A stretch of 64,000 bases of DNA from an uncultured delta proteobacterium (GTDB lineage Bacteria > Bdellovibrionota > FAC87 > UBA2466): NCBI GenBank assembly GCA_963778115.1, contig CAVZSV010000004.1, positions 832,001 to 896,000 on the forward strand, read 5' to 3'. The notes below the pieces were generated by a model that was not told where the DNA came from, ran no database searches, and saw nothing but the letters and a program-made list of their open reading frames with translations. Positions within the stretch are counted from its first letter, which is position 1; each line of letters opens with the position of its first letter. Below are positions 32,985-43,402 of the stretch, piece after piece. Made by a program: the position numbers and the translations under genes.

Positions 32985-33356
32985 TTACTTACTCACTTTC
33001 GCGCCGTACTTGGAGCGGCTTTGTTTACGCTTTTCGACACCGGTGGTGTCCAGCGTTCCTCTAACAATGTGGTAACGAACCCCCGGAAGGTCCTTCACGC
33101 GACCTCCTCGTATTAGCACCACGGAATGTTCCTGAAGGTTGTGTCCCTCGCCGGGAATATAGGAGGTGACTTCGTAACCATTGGTCAAACGTACCCTGGC
33201 TACCTTACGGAGCGCGGAATTCGGTTTCTTGGGAGTTGTCGTATAGACACGGACGCACACCCCACGGCGTTGAGGACACTCGGTCAAGGCAGGGGCTTTG
33301 TTCTTACCCCGGACTCTGGCCCGGCCGTCCCGAATAAGCTGATTTATCGTCGGCAT
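32985..33356 (-). CDS. rpsL: 30S ribosomal protein S12
   Basis: [28 protein letters not shown]. Confidence 0.98.
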   Translation of the reverse strand: MPTINQLIRDGRARVRGKNKAPALTECPQRRGVCVRVYTTTPKKPNSALRKVARVRLTNGYEVTSYIPGEGHNLQEHSVVLIRGGRVKDLPGVRYHIVRGTLDTTGVEKRKQSRSKYGAKVSK

Positions 33357-33477
33357 GTCTCACCTACTGGTAACTCGGGTGTTAGTTCAAAAGGAGTCTC
33401 AAAAGACGTCTCGAATTCCGTGTCAAAAACCATTTCCAAACCTCTAAAAAAGGACCTCAACGCTTATAAACTAAGCA

Positions 33478-33506
33478 GCTATAACTATAGGCGTTTTCAA
33501 TGTCAA
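33478..33506 (-). promoter_or_regulatory. sigma70-type promoter of the str operon
   Basis: TTGACA-17 nt-TATAGC on the minus strand, about 120 nt upstream of rpsL. Confidence 0.7.
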
Positions 33507-33570
33507 TCGCCCATTCTGCCCATTTCCACAAATCTTGCACATTTTCCGCGTCCGAATTGGGACCGACGAC

Positions 33571-33698
33571 GTGGGGTCTTCCAGGAAGTCAGTTGCCACC
33601 GCTGCAGTGAACTATCCATCGCCACTGAAAAACGTCATTCCCCGGTTACGGGAGCAACTGAACCGGCAGCGAAGGGTTGCGCAAAGACCCTACTTTTT
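33571..33698 (+). ncRNA. candidate structured RNA, family unknown
   Basis: Nested complementary segments: 10-bp outer stem, 8-bp inner stem, three small hairpins, then a T run. Confidence 0.4.
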
Positions 33699-33813
33699 CC
33701 TCTCAAAAGTTCCATTTGTCCAGTCGAATTCACCACAAATCGTCAGAAGTTCCGGCGGCAAGACGGCTTAGGTTGAAAAGAGAGGGTATCGTGGGTACAA
33801 CTTGAGACAAATC

Positions 33814-35229
33814 ATGAACGACAAATCCATTAGTTTCGATGCAGTCAGGGTACGGTTCGCACCTTCTCCTACCGGTTTTCTCCATATCGGAGGGGCGCGC
33901 ACCGCGTTATTTAATTGGCTTTACGCCCGTTCCCAGAAGGGAAAATTTTTGCTCCGTATCGAAGATACGGACCCAGAGCGCTCGGAGGCCCGCTATACGG
34001 AAGATATCTTAGAGTCGCTCCGCTGGTTGGGGTTCGATTACGACGAACCACCGGTCTACCAATCGAACCGGTTTGAGCACTACCGAACGGTCGCCCAGGA
34101 GCTTATTAACAAAGGGCTCGCCTACCCCTGTGATTGCACGACCGCCGAGCTCGATGCGGTCCGAGAGAAGTGCCAAAAAGAGAAGCGCCCCTTCCGATAC
34201 CCGGGAACCTGTCGAAGTAAGAAAGAGGTGAAAACCCCTCATGTGGTTAGAGCTCGCGTTACTTCCGAGGGCGAAACCAAATTCACCGATCTGATCCGCG
34301 GAGAGATAGCTTTCCAAAATAAGGATATCGACGACTGGGTGATCTTGCGCGCGGACAAGAGTCCCACTTACAACTTTTGCGTCGTCATCGACGATCACGA
34401 TCAGAAAATCAGCCACATCTTGCGCGGCGACGATCACATTAATAATACGCCAAAGCAGATCTTACTTTATCAAGCGTTGGGTTATGCCGTTCCTAACTTC
34501 GCCCACTTGCCGATGATCTTAGGAACCGACCGAACCAAGTTAAGTAAACGCCATGGAGCCGCATCGACCCTCGAATATCGGAAGATGGGTTATCTCCCGG
34601 AAGCCATCATTAACTTTCTCGTCCGCTTGGGATGGAGCCATGGTGACCAAGAGTTTTTTGAGATAGACGAACTCCAAAGGGTCTTTTCCTTAGATCATAT
34701 CGGGAAAGCCAATGCCATTTTCAATCCGGAGAAGCTTAATTGGGTGAGCGGCCACTTTATGAGAGAGATTGCGGCAGCAAAGTTAAAAGACTATGCGAAG
34801 AAATATTTTGCCCCGGAGCTTGCCTTTACCGACGGCGTTTCTCCAGAACGACTGGAAAAAGGAATTGCTATCATCCAAGGAAAGGTGAAGGTCATTCCTG
34901 AAATGATAGAGCAGCTTCACTGCTTGTTCGGCCAAGATCCCGTCTACGATGCGGCGGCACTTAAGCCCGAAGACAAAACCAAATACCGCGAGCTTCTTAC
35001 CGCTCTTGAGCCTTTGATAGCGACGTCGACTTTCGAAAAGTCAGATTTGGAAAGTAAAGTAAGAGCCCTTGCCGAAAAGTTGGGGCAGAAGTTAGGGCCT
35101 TTGGCTCACGCGCTTCGCTATGCGGTTACCGGCGGCAAGATAAGTCCCGGCCTCTTTGAGATGTTAGAAATTCAAGGCAAAGAGACGGTCACTCGCCGAA
35201 TCGCTTTGGCATTGAAAGCGCTTCAATGA
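33814..35229 (+). CDS. gltX: glutamate--tRNA ligase
   Basis: RFAPSPTGFLHIGG, LRIEDTD, KLSKRHG. Confidence 0.97.
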   Translation: MNDKSISFDAVRVRFAPSPTGFLHIGGARTALFNWLYARSQKGKFLLRIEDTDPERSEARYTEDILESLRWLGFDYDEPPVYQSNRFEHYRTVAQELINKGLAYPCDCTTAELDAVREKCQKEKRPFRYPGTCRSKKEVKTPHVVRARVTSEGETKFTDLIRGEIAFQNKDIDDWVILRADKSPTYNFCVVIDDHDQKISHILRGDDHINNTPKQILLYQALGYAVPNFAHLPMILGTDRTKLSKRHGAASTLEYRKMGYLPEAIINFLVRLGWSHGDQEFFEIDELQRVFSLDHIGKANAIFNPEKLNWVSGHFMREIAAAKLKDYAKKYFAPELAFTDGVSPERLEKGIAIIQGKVKVIPEMIEQLHCLFGQDPVYDAAALKPEDKTKYRELLTALEPLIATSTFEKSDLESKVRALAEKLGQKLGPLAHALRYAVTGGKISPGLFEMLEIQGKETVTRRIALALKALQ

Positions 35230-36659
35230 ACCAGACTAAGCCGCTAGTATTACGTGACGAGATCCATGGGGATCTCACTTTCGACGGCGTCATGAGAGCT
35301 GTCATCGACCATGAGTATTTTCAACGGCTCCGTCGCATCAAGCAGCTTGGACTTGCGGAGTACGTTTTCCCTTGTGCTAACCACACTCGATTTCAGCACT
35401 CTTTGGGGGCGGCATTCTTAGCAGGACAATATTTCGACAGCATGGTGACAAGTTGGCTTTCCAACCCCTTTCCTTTTGATGGGACTTCGGGAGGAACGCG
35501 CTTTCATGCTTCGCGAACTTTGGAATGCATTCGCAGTGTGATGGCGGATCCCAAGTCGGCCGAATACTGGAGGCGTATCGTAAGCCTTTCAGGCCTTCTT
35601 CACGATGTGGGCCATGGCCCATGGAGCCATACGTTTGAACATTTAGAGCTCAAACAAAAATTCGATCAGAGTTTAATCGGAATGCCGGCCACGATCGTTA
35701 CCCATTTCGACGAAATTAAGAAAAGTGGCAAACGGATCAAGCACGAAGAGCTTTCGCTCCTGTACGCTTACCGGATACTGCGATCCATAGGCGAACAAGG
35801 GGTAATTTCGGAATGGAAGTCTTACTTCTTGCCGATTGCGATGCTAATCAATCGCAAAATGAGTGCGGGCCCCCTACAAAAAGCCTTGGAGAACGAAGTC
35901 TCCGATCAGCTTAAGGGAAACGGCATTAAAGGGGGAATCGATTTTCACCGTTTGCTTCGTCCTCTTGTCTCGGGCCCTTTTGACGTCGATAGAATCGATT
36001 ATATTCAGCGCGACGGGCGTAATTGTGGTGTTCACATCGCAGGCATTGAATGGCGTCGAATCGTAAGCAAATTGATGCCCTGCTTGGCGGATCACGCGGC
36101 TTCTGGCGATGAGCCGAAAGAAGTGGTCCTGATTTCCAACATCAAAAACCAACACGTCATAGACGATTTTATTTTTACCCTTCTTCAAATGTACGCTCAG
36201 GTCTACCTTCATCCCAAGATCGTGGGTTTGGAAGAGGTGATTAAGTCGGTCATTCTGAAATATAACGATAGGCTTCAAGAATTTGAAATCACCTTAGACC
36301 AGCACGCCCTTTTGTCTGACGAGAAGTTCCGAGATGTTTTGGAATTCAAGTACCAGATGTCGGAAATTACGCGGCTCTTGAACCGCCATCCGGGAACCCG
36401 TTTTGAGGTAGCAAGATACCCCGCCGGCGACGACGTCGATACGGCCTTAGCCCAAGAAGGCTTTCACTCTATCCCTCATCTAGACAGACCCTTTCTCAAA
36501 GATAGCGTTGGCGTCTTCCTCTACAGCGAAATCAGTGAAAATAACTCTCCCCGATATTTTGTAAGACCCTGGTCGGAAATTTCACCCGTGGCTTCGCAAT
36601 TTGCTTCGTTTAACTATTCCCCCCACATTTGGATCCGAGTGCCGACCTCCCCGTCGTGA
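35226..36659 (+). CDS. HD-domain phosphohydrolase (YwfO/SAMHD1-like dNTPase family)
   Basis: FQRLRRIKQLG, HTRFQHSLG, LLHDVGHGPWSH, DVDRIDYIQRD. Confidence 0.9.
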   Translation: MNQTKPLVLRDEIHGDLTFDGVMRAVIDHEYFQRLRRIKQLGLAEYVFPCANHTRFQHSLGAAFLAGQYFDSMVTSWLSNPFPFDGTSGGTRFHASRTLECIRSVMADPKSAEYWRRIVSLSGLLHDVGHGPWSHTFEHLELKQKFDQSLIGMPATIVTHFDEIKKSGKRIKHEELSLLYAYRILRSIGEQGVISEWKSYFLPIAMLINRKMSAGPLQKALENEVSDQLKGNGIKGGIDFHRLLRPLVSGPFDVDRIDYIQRDGRNCGVHIAGIEWRRIVSKLMPCLADHAASGDEPKEVVLISNIKNQHVIDDFIFTLLQMYAQVYLHPKIVGLEEVIKSVILKYNDRLQEFEITLDQHALLSDEKFRDVLEFKYQMSEITRLLNRHPGTRFEVARYPAGDDVDTALAQEGFHSIPHLDRPFLKDSVGVFLYSEISENNSPRYFVRPWSEISPVASQFASFNYSPHIWIRVPTSPS

Positions 36660-36672
36660 TAATATAGGAGCC

Positions 36673-37293
36673 ATGAGCACCTTTAGCCTTTGGCTATCTA
36701 CCTTCGGCGTTATCTTTGCCATCATCGACCCCTTTGGCTATGTCCCTCTTTTTATTTCGATGACCTCGGGTGATAGCAGCGAAAAACGCAACTGGGCCTT
36801 GCGAAGGGCTTGCTTAACGGCAGGAACCGTTCTGATTCTATTTACCCTTTTAGGAAGCTTCGTCTTATCGTTTTTTGGAATCAGTATCCCAGCCCTTCAA
36901 ATCTCGGGTGGACTTATTCTTTTAGTCATTGGATTTGATATGGTGAGAGTACTTCCCATCAACGCTAAGATCTCAGCTGCCGAAGAGAGTGAAGCCACCC
37001 GCAAAGAAGATATCTCCATCGTTCCCCTTGCGATTCCGATGTTAAGCGGGCCGGCCTCGATGGCAACCGTTGTGGTTCTAGGCTCCAACGCTCAGAGCAC
37101 GACCGATTATCTGGTAGTGATCTCCTCGGTCGTCATTACGTTGGCCGTCACCTATCTCATTTTACGATCGGCTAATCGGATCTTAAAAGCCGTGGGGCTT
37201 ACTGGGCTTCATGTCGTAACCAGAATTATGGGGCTTCTCTTATGCGCTATCGCCGTACAGCTTATGATCAATGGATATCAGGCGATCAAGTAA
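36673..37293 (+). CDS. MarC family membrane protein
   Basis: IIDPFG, VPLAIPMLSGP, TRIMGLLL. Confidence 0.92.
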   Translation: MSTFSLWLSTFGVIFAIIDPFGYVPLFISMTSGDSSEKRNWALRRACLTAGTVLILFTLLGSFVLSFFGISIPALQISGGLILLVIGFDMVRVLPINAKISAAEESEATRKEDISIVPLAIPMLSGPASMATVVVLGSNAQSTTDYLVVISSVVITLAVTYLILRSANRILKAVGLTGLHVVTRIMGLLLCAIAVQLMINGYQAIK

Positions 37294-38269
37294 GATCGAA
37301 CCAATAACTAATCGAACCATGTACGATGCTCTCCAGAGTCTTTCTAGAAATCGAGTCCCTAAGTTCTTTGTCGGGGAGTCCGCGCAAAACGGCTAAGGCT
37401 TCTTCCAGCAATTGAGTTCTCGTCTCTACAGAGATCCCTTTAAACTGCTCCGGCAAATAACCCCGCACTTCGCGAACCGTCGCCGGAAAAGCCAAATTTA
37501 ATCCGCCAAAGAGGTCCACTGAGTGCAAAATAGCGTGAACATAGGCACGTGCCGCGTTTCGGATGTCATTTCGATTAAGAGCATAGGCCGCCGTTTTGAG
37601 CCACGGACGGAGAACGATTACTTGGTTAAGAATTTGTCCTTTTTCCAAGCGCTCGGCTTCGTTGATGGTCTTCATGATCTGTCCCCACCCGTCGTCAGGA
37701 TCGGGATCGTAGAGCCAGAAGGCCAGTTGTTCAATCTTAGGGCCAATCTTTTTTTCAAAAGGGCTACTGAAGCGACCGAAGAGGACTCCGCTCATCACCA
37801 TGACAAAGCTGCTAAAAGAGATACGCAGTCCATCGGGAACTCCCGCGGTCGCATAATAGCTAAGCACCCCGGAACCCAAGATCGATCCGCCCCAGATGAG
37901 AAAGGTCAAAGCACGTCTGGGAAGTCTTAGAAACTTTCTTAGTTTGGATTGGGAAGGGCCGCCCTTTTTTTGGATGGCTACTTTAGTGGCCTCGTATAGC
38001 GCTTCGTCGGTACATTCCGAGACGTGAGAACAGGACTTTTGGATCTCGGCTAATACTTGCGAAGCGTCCTGAGTTACCTGAGCTGGCACTTCGTCGTGAG
38101 GCATATTCGCAAGAATAGGCCCCTCACAAGATAGCTCAGTATCCTCGGAATTATCCCTGGCCCACAAAGGAGTCGGAACGAGAACCGTGAGGCACAATGC
38201 GAAGACGAGAACCCCCCTAAGCCGGTTCCACAGACACACGTGCCCCGTTTTACGATTGATAAAAGACAT
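37286..38269 (-). CDS. hypothetical exported/membrane protein
   Basis: Long ORF with a signal-like segment and two TM segments; start uncertain. Confidence 0.65.
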   Translation of the reverse strand: MSFINRKTGHVCLWNRLRGVLVFALCLTVLVPTPLWARDNSEDTELSCEGPILANMPHDEVPAQVTQDASQVLAEIQKSCSHVSECTDEALYEATKVAIQKKGGPSQSKLRKFLRLPRRALTFLIWGGSILGSGVLSYYATAGVPDGLRISFSSFVMVMSGVLFGRFSSPFEKKIGPKIEQLAFWLYDPDPDDGWGQIMKTINEAERLEKGQILNQVIVLRPWLKTAAYALNRNDIRNAARAYVHAILHSVDLFGGLNLAFPATVREVRGYLPEQFKGISVETRTQLLEEALAVLRGLPDKELRDSISRKTLESIVHGSISYWFDLT

Positions 38270-38410
38270 CGCCCCCCCAAACCCAAGAAGAAGCCCTGAC
38301 TTATTTAATTGTCTCTTTGGGTTTACCAAGGGGTTTCTTACCGTTCAATCAAAATGATATTAAGAAATGGTGGCCGTTCGTTAGGGTTGTCTTTACAATT
38401 CAAATTACCT

Positions 38411-39413
38411 ATGTCGCTTCACGACGAATTTGAAATCATTGATTCTTATTAGCAAGACCGTAGGAAGGCCTTCTAAGAAGGTGTTCCTAGGAATCGGGGA
38501 TGATGCCGCCGTTTTAGAATCGCCTAAAGGCCGATTGGTGGCCACCGTCGACACCATGGTGGAGGGGGTCCACTTTGATCTGGGCTACACGACCGCCTTT
38601 GAACTGGGACACAAAGTCCTTGCGGTAAATTTAAGTGACCTAGCCGCCATGGCGGCAGAGCCCCAATACGCGCTTGTGTCGTTGGGTCTAAAGCAGGAGC
38701 TCAATGAAGCTTTTGTCGAGGAGCTCTATAAAGGAATGAGAGCCCTCGCCAAGCGTTTTCACGTTGATATCGTGGGTGGCAATTTGGTCCAATCGCCTAC
38801 AGCCGTCATCGTAGATGTCGTGGCCTTGGGATCGGCCACGAAGACCGTCACCCGCCGTGGCGCACAGGTAGGAGACTGTATCGCGGTCACCGGCCATTTG
38901 GGGGCATCAGCGGGAGGACTTACCTGCATACGTCGGATGGGCCGTCACGAGACCCAGCACCATCCTGAAGTTTTAAAGGCCCACTTGACTCCAGAGCCCA
39001 GAATTCGAGAAGCCAAAATACTTTTGGCGTCGGGAGCTACCTCGATGATCGATATTAGTGACGGACTTGCGCGCGAAGTCCATCACTTGGCCCATCAGTC
39101 GAAGGTAGGAATGCAGATAGCACTCGATTTGGTTCCTATCTCCAAAGCGACCCGGGCCGCCGCCCTTTGGATCCAAAGCGATCCCATTCCCTGGGCTCTG
39201 TACGGAGGCGAGGATTACGAACTTCTGGTCACTCTTCCCCCTAAGAACGTTGAAAAGGCAAAAAAGGCCCTCAACAAGATCAAAGGCTCGCTTACGGTGA
39301 TAGGCCAAGTGAGTAAGCCCTCCGAAGGAATCCGCCTCAAAAATCTAGAGGGAAAATGGTCTCGGCTCGAAGCTAGGGGATGGAACCATTTCGTGCGCCG
39401 AAGAAAAACCTAA
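38411..39413 (+). CDS. thiL: thiamine-monophosphate kinase (frameshift near the 5' end)
   Basis: GIGDDAA, NLSDLAAM, DISDGL, GGEDYEL. The expected N-term MSLHDEFEIID starts at 38411 in another frame. Confidence 0.93.
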
Positions 39414-39468
39414 CTACCTACTTTCCACTTTCCTTGACCACAAGGCTCTTAAATTAGACACTGGCCCA

Positions 39469-40029
39469 ATGAAAAAAATCCTAATCCTGGCTTTGGTCAT
39501 ACTCCTGTCGGCACCCTCTCTTTGTTTTGCCGAAAAGGAGAAAGAAAAGGAAAAGCAAAAAAAACATAGGATTGCGGCTCGAAACTTGGATGCTTCTCCT
39601 TACGTCTATGACCCGTTTAATATCCCCGGGAAATGGATCCTTAGCACCGGTTTAGGGTTAACCATTAGCCCGACCCTTTTCTTGTTGAATCCTCAGTTTG
39701 AATACGTCATCGCCAAAAACTTAACGATTGGCCCGATGCTTCAGGTCGGCATGGGGGATGCGACCCTTTTTGCCGTCACCGGCACGGTCCGCTATACCTT
39801 CAACCAGAACGCCAAGATTAAACCCAGTCTCGAAGGGGGACTGGGAATGGCCATCGGCTCTTCGAGCTACGCCTCTTCCGTGGGAGTTAACATTAGTATG
39901 GGAATGGGCTGTGACTACGTGGTCGACCGCTATATTCGATTCGGAACGATGATCCGAGGCAACTTTGCCCCTCCCTTAAAGACCTTTTATCTAAGCTGGC
40001 CTATCGTCATGGCCCGGTTTGTTTTGTAG
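39469..40029 (+). CDS. small outer-membrane beta-barrel-like protein
   Basis: Signal peptide; alternating Gly/aromatic strands. Confidence 0.6.
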   Translation: MKKILILALVILLSAPSLCFAEKEKEKEKQKKHRIAARNLDASPYVYDPFNIPGKWILSTGLGLTISPTLFLLNPQFEYVIAKNLTIGPMLQVGMGDATLFAVTGTVRYTFNQNAKIKPSLEGGLGMAIGSSSYASSVGVNISMGMGCDYVVDRYIRFGTMIRGNFAPPLKTFYLSWPIVMARFVL

Positions 40030-40065
40030 TGGTTTCCCAGGAACTTTACGCATAAGCTTCCCCGC

Positions 40066-41388
40066 GTGAATGACAAAGAAAAGATAGCGTCTCAAATCGT
40101 TACGACCCTTCAGGCAAAGGGTTATCAGGCCCATTTCGCGGGCGGCTGTGTCAGGGACCGCATCCGTGGGGTCGAACCCAAGGATTTTGATATCGCGACT
40201 TCGGCGTTGCCCGAACAGGTGCAAAAGATCTTCCCCAAGACTATCCCGGTGGGCGTCCAGTTTGGAGTGATCCTCGTCCTCGAACAGGAGACCACTTTCG
40301 AAGTGGCTACCTTTCGAACCGAAAGCAGCTATGCCGACGGAAGGCGCCCCGAAAAAGTGGCCTTTGCCACCTTAGAAGAAGACGCGAAACGACGCGATTT
40401 CACGGTGAACGGCCTTTATTACGACCTCAACACCAGGAAAGTGATCGATCTGGTCAATGGAGAGGCCGACATCAAGCGAAAGATTATCCGAACGATCGGC
40501 AATCCTGATGAACGGTTTTTGGAAGACCATTTAAGAATGTTTCGGGCCATTCGCTTTGCGGTCCAACTGGGATACGAAATAGAGCCTGCGACCTTTGCTT
40601 CGATTAAAAAGCACGCCCCTCTCATTTCAAAAGTGAGCCAGGAGAGGATTCGCGACGAGTTGAGTAAGACGGTATCCTCGCCCACTCCCGCGCGCGGGAT
40701 TCGGCTGCTCGACGAAGCGGGACTCCTTACGCATTTCCTACCCGAGATGGACGTGATGAAAGGGGTGGAACAGCCGATGGAGTACCATCCTGAGGGGGAT
40801 GTTTTCATCCATACTTTGATGCTCTTGGATAATCTGACAAATCCGTCGGTGGAACTTGCTATGGGAGCTTTGCTCCATGACGTCGCAAAACCCGCGACCT
40901 TTGTGAGAGCTCCGGACCGGATTCGCTTTCACGGCCACGATAAACTTGGATCTGAGATGTCGCGTGTGATTCTTAAGCGGCTCACCTTCTCCAATCAGCA
41001 GACCGATCTAATCTGTGAACTCGTCGCGGAACATCTAAAGTTTAAAGACGTATTTCAGATGAAGGTGAGTACGCTGAAGCGATTTCTCTCACTCAATAGA
41101 TTTGATCTGCACCTGGAACTTCATCGTGTCGATTGTTTGGCAAGTCATGGAAATCTGGATGCCTACCATTTTTCTAAAGCCAAGTATGAAGAGTTCCTAA
41201 AGGCCCCGCCACCGCCCAGTCGGCTCGTGACCGGTAGTGACCTCATCCAATTGGGGCTCTCCCCGGGACCTCGATTTACTGAGATTATTCGCACGGTGGA
41301 AGACGCCATTTTGGAAGGAACGATAAAGACGAAAGAAGAGGCTTTAGATTTGGTAAGGGCCAATTTAAGTAAGAAAATCGCGCCATGA
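40066..41388 (+). CDS. cca: CCA tRNA nucleotidyltransferase (class II, with HD domain)
   Basis: GGCVRD, DFDIAT, RRDFTVN, EDHLRMFRAIRF, LLHDVAK. Confidence 0.88.
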   Translation: MNDKEKIASQIVTTLQAKGYQAHFAGGCVRDRIRGVEPKDFDIATSALPEQVQKIFPKTIPVGVQFGVILVLEQETTFEVATFRTESSYADGRRPEKVAFATLEEDAKRRDFTVNGLYYDLNTRKVIDLVNGEADIKRKIIRTIGNPDERFLEDHLRMFRAIRFAVQLGYEIEPATFASIKKHAPLISKVSQERIRDELSKTVSSPTPARGIRLLDEAGLLTHFLPEMDVMKGVEQPMEYHPEGDVFIHTLMLLDNLTNPSVELAMGALLHDVAKPATFVRAPDRIRFHGHDKLGSEMSRVILKRLTFSNQQTDLICELVAEHLKFKDVFQMKVSTLKRFLSLNRFDLHLELHRVDCLASHGNLDAYHFSKAKYEEFLKAPPPPSRLVTGSDLIQLGLSPGPRFTEIIRTVEDAILEGTIKTKEEALDLVRANLSKKIAP

Positions 41389-42311
41389 AAACCGACAAAG
41401 AGATTATCGAAGCCTTTCGAGCCAAAGAAATTCGAGCCCTGAGTCGCCTTATCTCCATAGCGGAAGACCAAGACGACACGCTCTACCCCGTACTTAGCGA
41501 ACTTTATGCAAGCACCGGAAAATCCCGAGTGCTGGGAATTACCGGGCCTCCGGGGGCCGGAAAAAGTTCGCTCATTAATGAACTCGTCCGTTTCTATCGA
41601 GAAGCTTTCAAAACAGTCGCCGTTGTCGCCGTTGATCCCGTAAGCCCTTTCACCGGAGGCGCGTTACTAGGAGATCGCATCCGTCTGAACGACCATTTCA
41701 ACGACGACGGTGTTTTTATTCGAAGTCTCAGCACCCGGGGAAAACTTGGCGGGCTGTCGCTAGCGACCCGGGAGGTTACCCATCTAGCGGATGCTTTTGG
41801 CTTCGACCAGATTATTATTGAAACCGTTGGCGTGGGGCAGAGCGAAGTCGATATTAGAAACATCGCGGATGTGACCTTAGTGGTTTTAGTGCCTGAATGG
41901 GGTGACGCCATCCAAACGCTTAAGGCCGGAGTGCTCGAAATTGGCGACCTGTTCACGGTCAATAAATCTGACCGCGAAGGGGCTGAAAAACTAGTAAGCG
42001 AACTAAAGACCATGCTGGAGTTGGCCGGTCGTCCGCAAACGCCTTTGATGACTTGCAGTCAAAAAGAAGAATCCTCTTTGCGATCTCTTTTTTCGACAAT
42101 AAACACCTTTTTCGACAAGCAGACTAAGCTGCGAGCTTCCAGGCGCGCCGAAGGGGCAAAAATGGCGGCTAGCGAGCTGCTGCAAGCTTATGTTTCCAAA
42201 GAGGCCAACGCTTGGTCGGCGAAACAGACTGAGCTCGGGAAAAACCCTTATGACTTTCTGATGAAGTTTCGAAAGAAGCATCCTCCCGGCTCTTTACTTG
42301 CGGACCGTTAA
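41385..42311 (+). CDS. meaB: MeaB/ArgK-family GTPase
   Basis: GITGPPGAGKS, GGALLGDRIR, IETVGVGQSE, NKSD. Confidence 0.9.
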   Translation: MKTDKEIIEAFRAKEIRALSRLISIAEDQDDTLYPVLSELYASTGKSRVLGITGPPGAGKSSLINELVRFYREAFKTVAVVAVDPVSPFTGGALLGDRIRLNDHFNDDGVFIRSLSTRGKLGGLSLATREVTHLADAFGFDQIIIETVGVGQSEVDIRNIADVTLVVLVPEWGDAIQTLKAGVLEIGDLFTVNKSDREGAEKLVSELKTMLELAGRPQTPLMTCSQKEESSLRSLFSTINTFFDKQTKLRASRRAEGAKMAASELLQAYVSKEANAWSAKQTELGKNPYDFLMKFRKKHPPGSLLADR

Positions 42312-42315
42312 TTAC

Positions 42316-43353
42316 ATGGTGACCTGCAAATCCATTGTCGTGGCACGAACCGACCGATTGGGCGACGTCATGATGGCATTGCCTTCACTAGCGCTTTTGC
42401 GAAAAGCCCTTCCTGCTGTCGAAATTACTCTGCTCTGCCGACCAGAAATTGCAGCCCTTTTGACACCGACACTTTCGAAACTCAATATCACGGCGCAAGG
42501 GGCAAAGCTTTCTCGAACCGACGAGTGGAAGCGTTGGTGGAATGAAAAAGATTGTGACGCGGCACTTCTTCTTTTTCCAGAGAAAGCACTGAGTCTGGGA
42601 GCGTTTCTCGCTCGTGTGCCTTTGCGTGTAGGCCCCTTTTCGAAACTCATATCGCTACTGGTGCTTAATCGAGGGCAGTGGCAAAGGCGCTCCAGGGGCG
42701 AGAGAAACGAGGCCCAGTACAATCTCGACCTCACCAGGCATCTCCTAGAGAGTTTACACGTTGCCATTCCGGAGATACCGCCCGTGTCTATTGCTATCAA
42801 TGAGAGTGAAGCGCAAAAAGCCAAGAAACTTTTGGAGAGTAAGGGGGTCCGGGGACCTTATTACGTCGTGCACCCGGGAATGGGAGGCAGTGCTCTAAAC
42901 CCTTCGGCCTCGCACTACGAAAAAATCATAAAGACCGTTCTTCAAAAAACCGGAAGGCAGGTGGTCGTCACCGTGGGCCCCGCCGCCAAAGACCTATTGA
43001 TGGCGCAGCAGCTGGCTAATTCGGGTGCCGTTTTTATCCAAAACATTTCGCTTGGCACCCTACTTGAAGTGTTTCGCGCTTCCCAAGGAGTCATTGCACC
43101 TAGCACTGGCCCCGTTCACTTGGCGCATTATAGCGGTGTGAAAACTATTGGTCTGTTCTCCCCTGTCCCCAGCCACCACCCCAATAGGTGGGCTCCGTGG
43201 GGAGGCAGTGGCGATTGTAGAATTCTCTTTCCTGACCCCGAATGCCCCGCCCGAAAAGACTGCTTGGGAAGTCGTTGTGATAAATTCGACTGTATGGAGC
43301 AATTCCCTTGGGCGCAGAGGGTTGAAGCCGCGTTAACGGATCGGACTACCTAA
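42316..43353 (+). CDS. glycosyltransferase family 9 (LPS heptosyltransferase-like)
   Basis: RTDRLGDVMMALP, VHPG, STGPVHLA. Confidence 0.9.
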   Translation: MVTCKSIVVARTDRLGDVMMALPSLALLRKALPAVEITLLCRPEIAALLTPTLSKLNITAQGAKLSRTDEWKRWWNEKDCDAALLLFPEKALSLGAFLARVPLRVGPFSKLISLLVLNRGQWQRRSRGERNEAQYNLDLTRHLLESLHVAIPEIPPVSIAINESEAQKAKKLLESKGVRGPYYVVHPGMGGSALNPSASHYEKIIKTVLQKTGRQVVVTVGPAAKDLLMAQQLANSGAVFIQNISLGTLLEVFRASQGVIAPSTGPVHLAHYSGVKTIGLFSPVPSHHPNRWAPWGGSGDCRILFPDPECPARKDCLGSRCDKFDCMEQFPWAQRVEAALTDRTT

Positions 43354-43402
43354 CGGGGTGTAGTTTGATTTTATCAACAAAGAGTGGTTAAAAAGAGCCG
43401 GG

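Noticed and set aside
33571..33698. Cobalamin riboswitch, SRP RNA or 6S RNA
   Set aside because: GCCACTG is present but the other cobalamin core motifs are not; no SRP GGAA-loop domain; too short and branched for 6S
33126..33776. 216-aa + strand ORF
   Set aside because: Antisense to rpsL and its promoter, with no recognisable motifs
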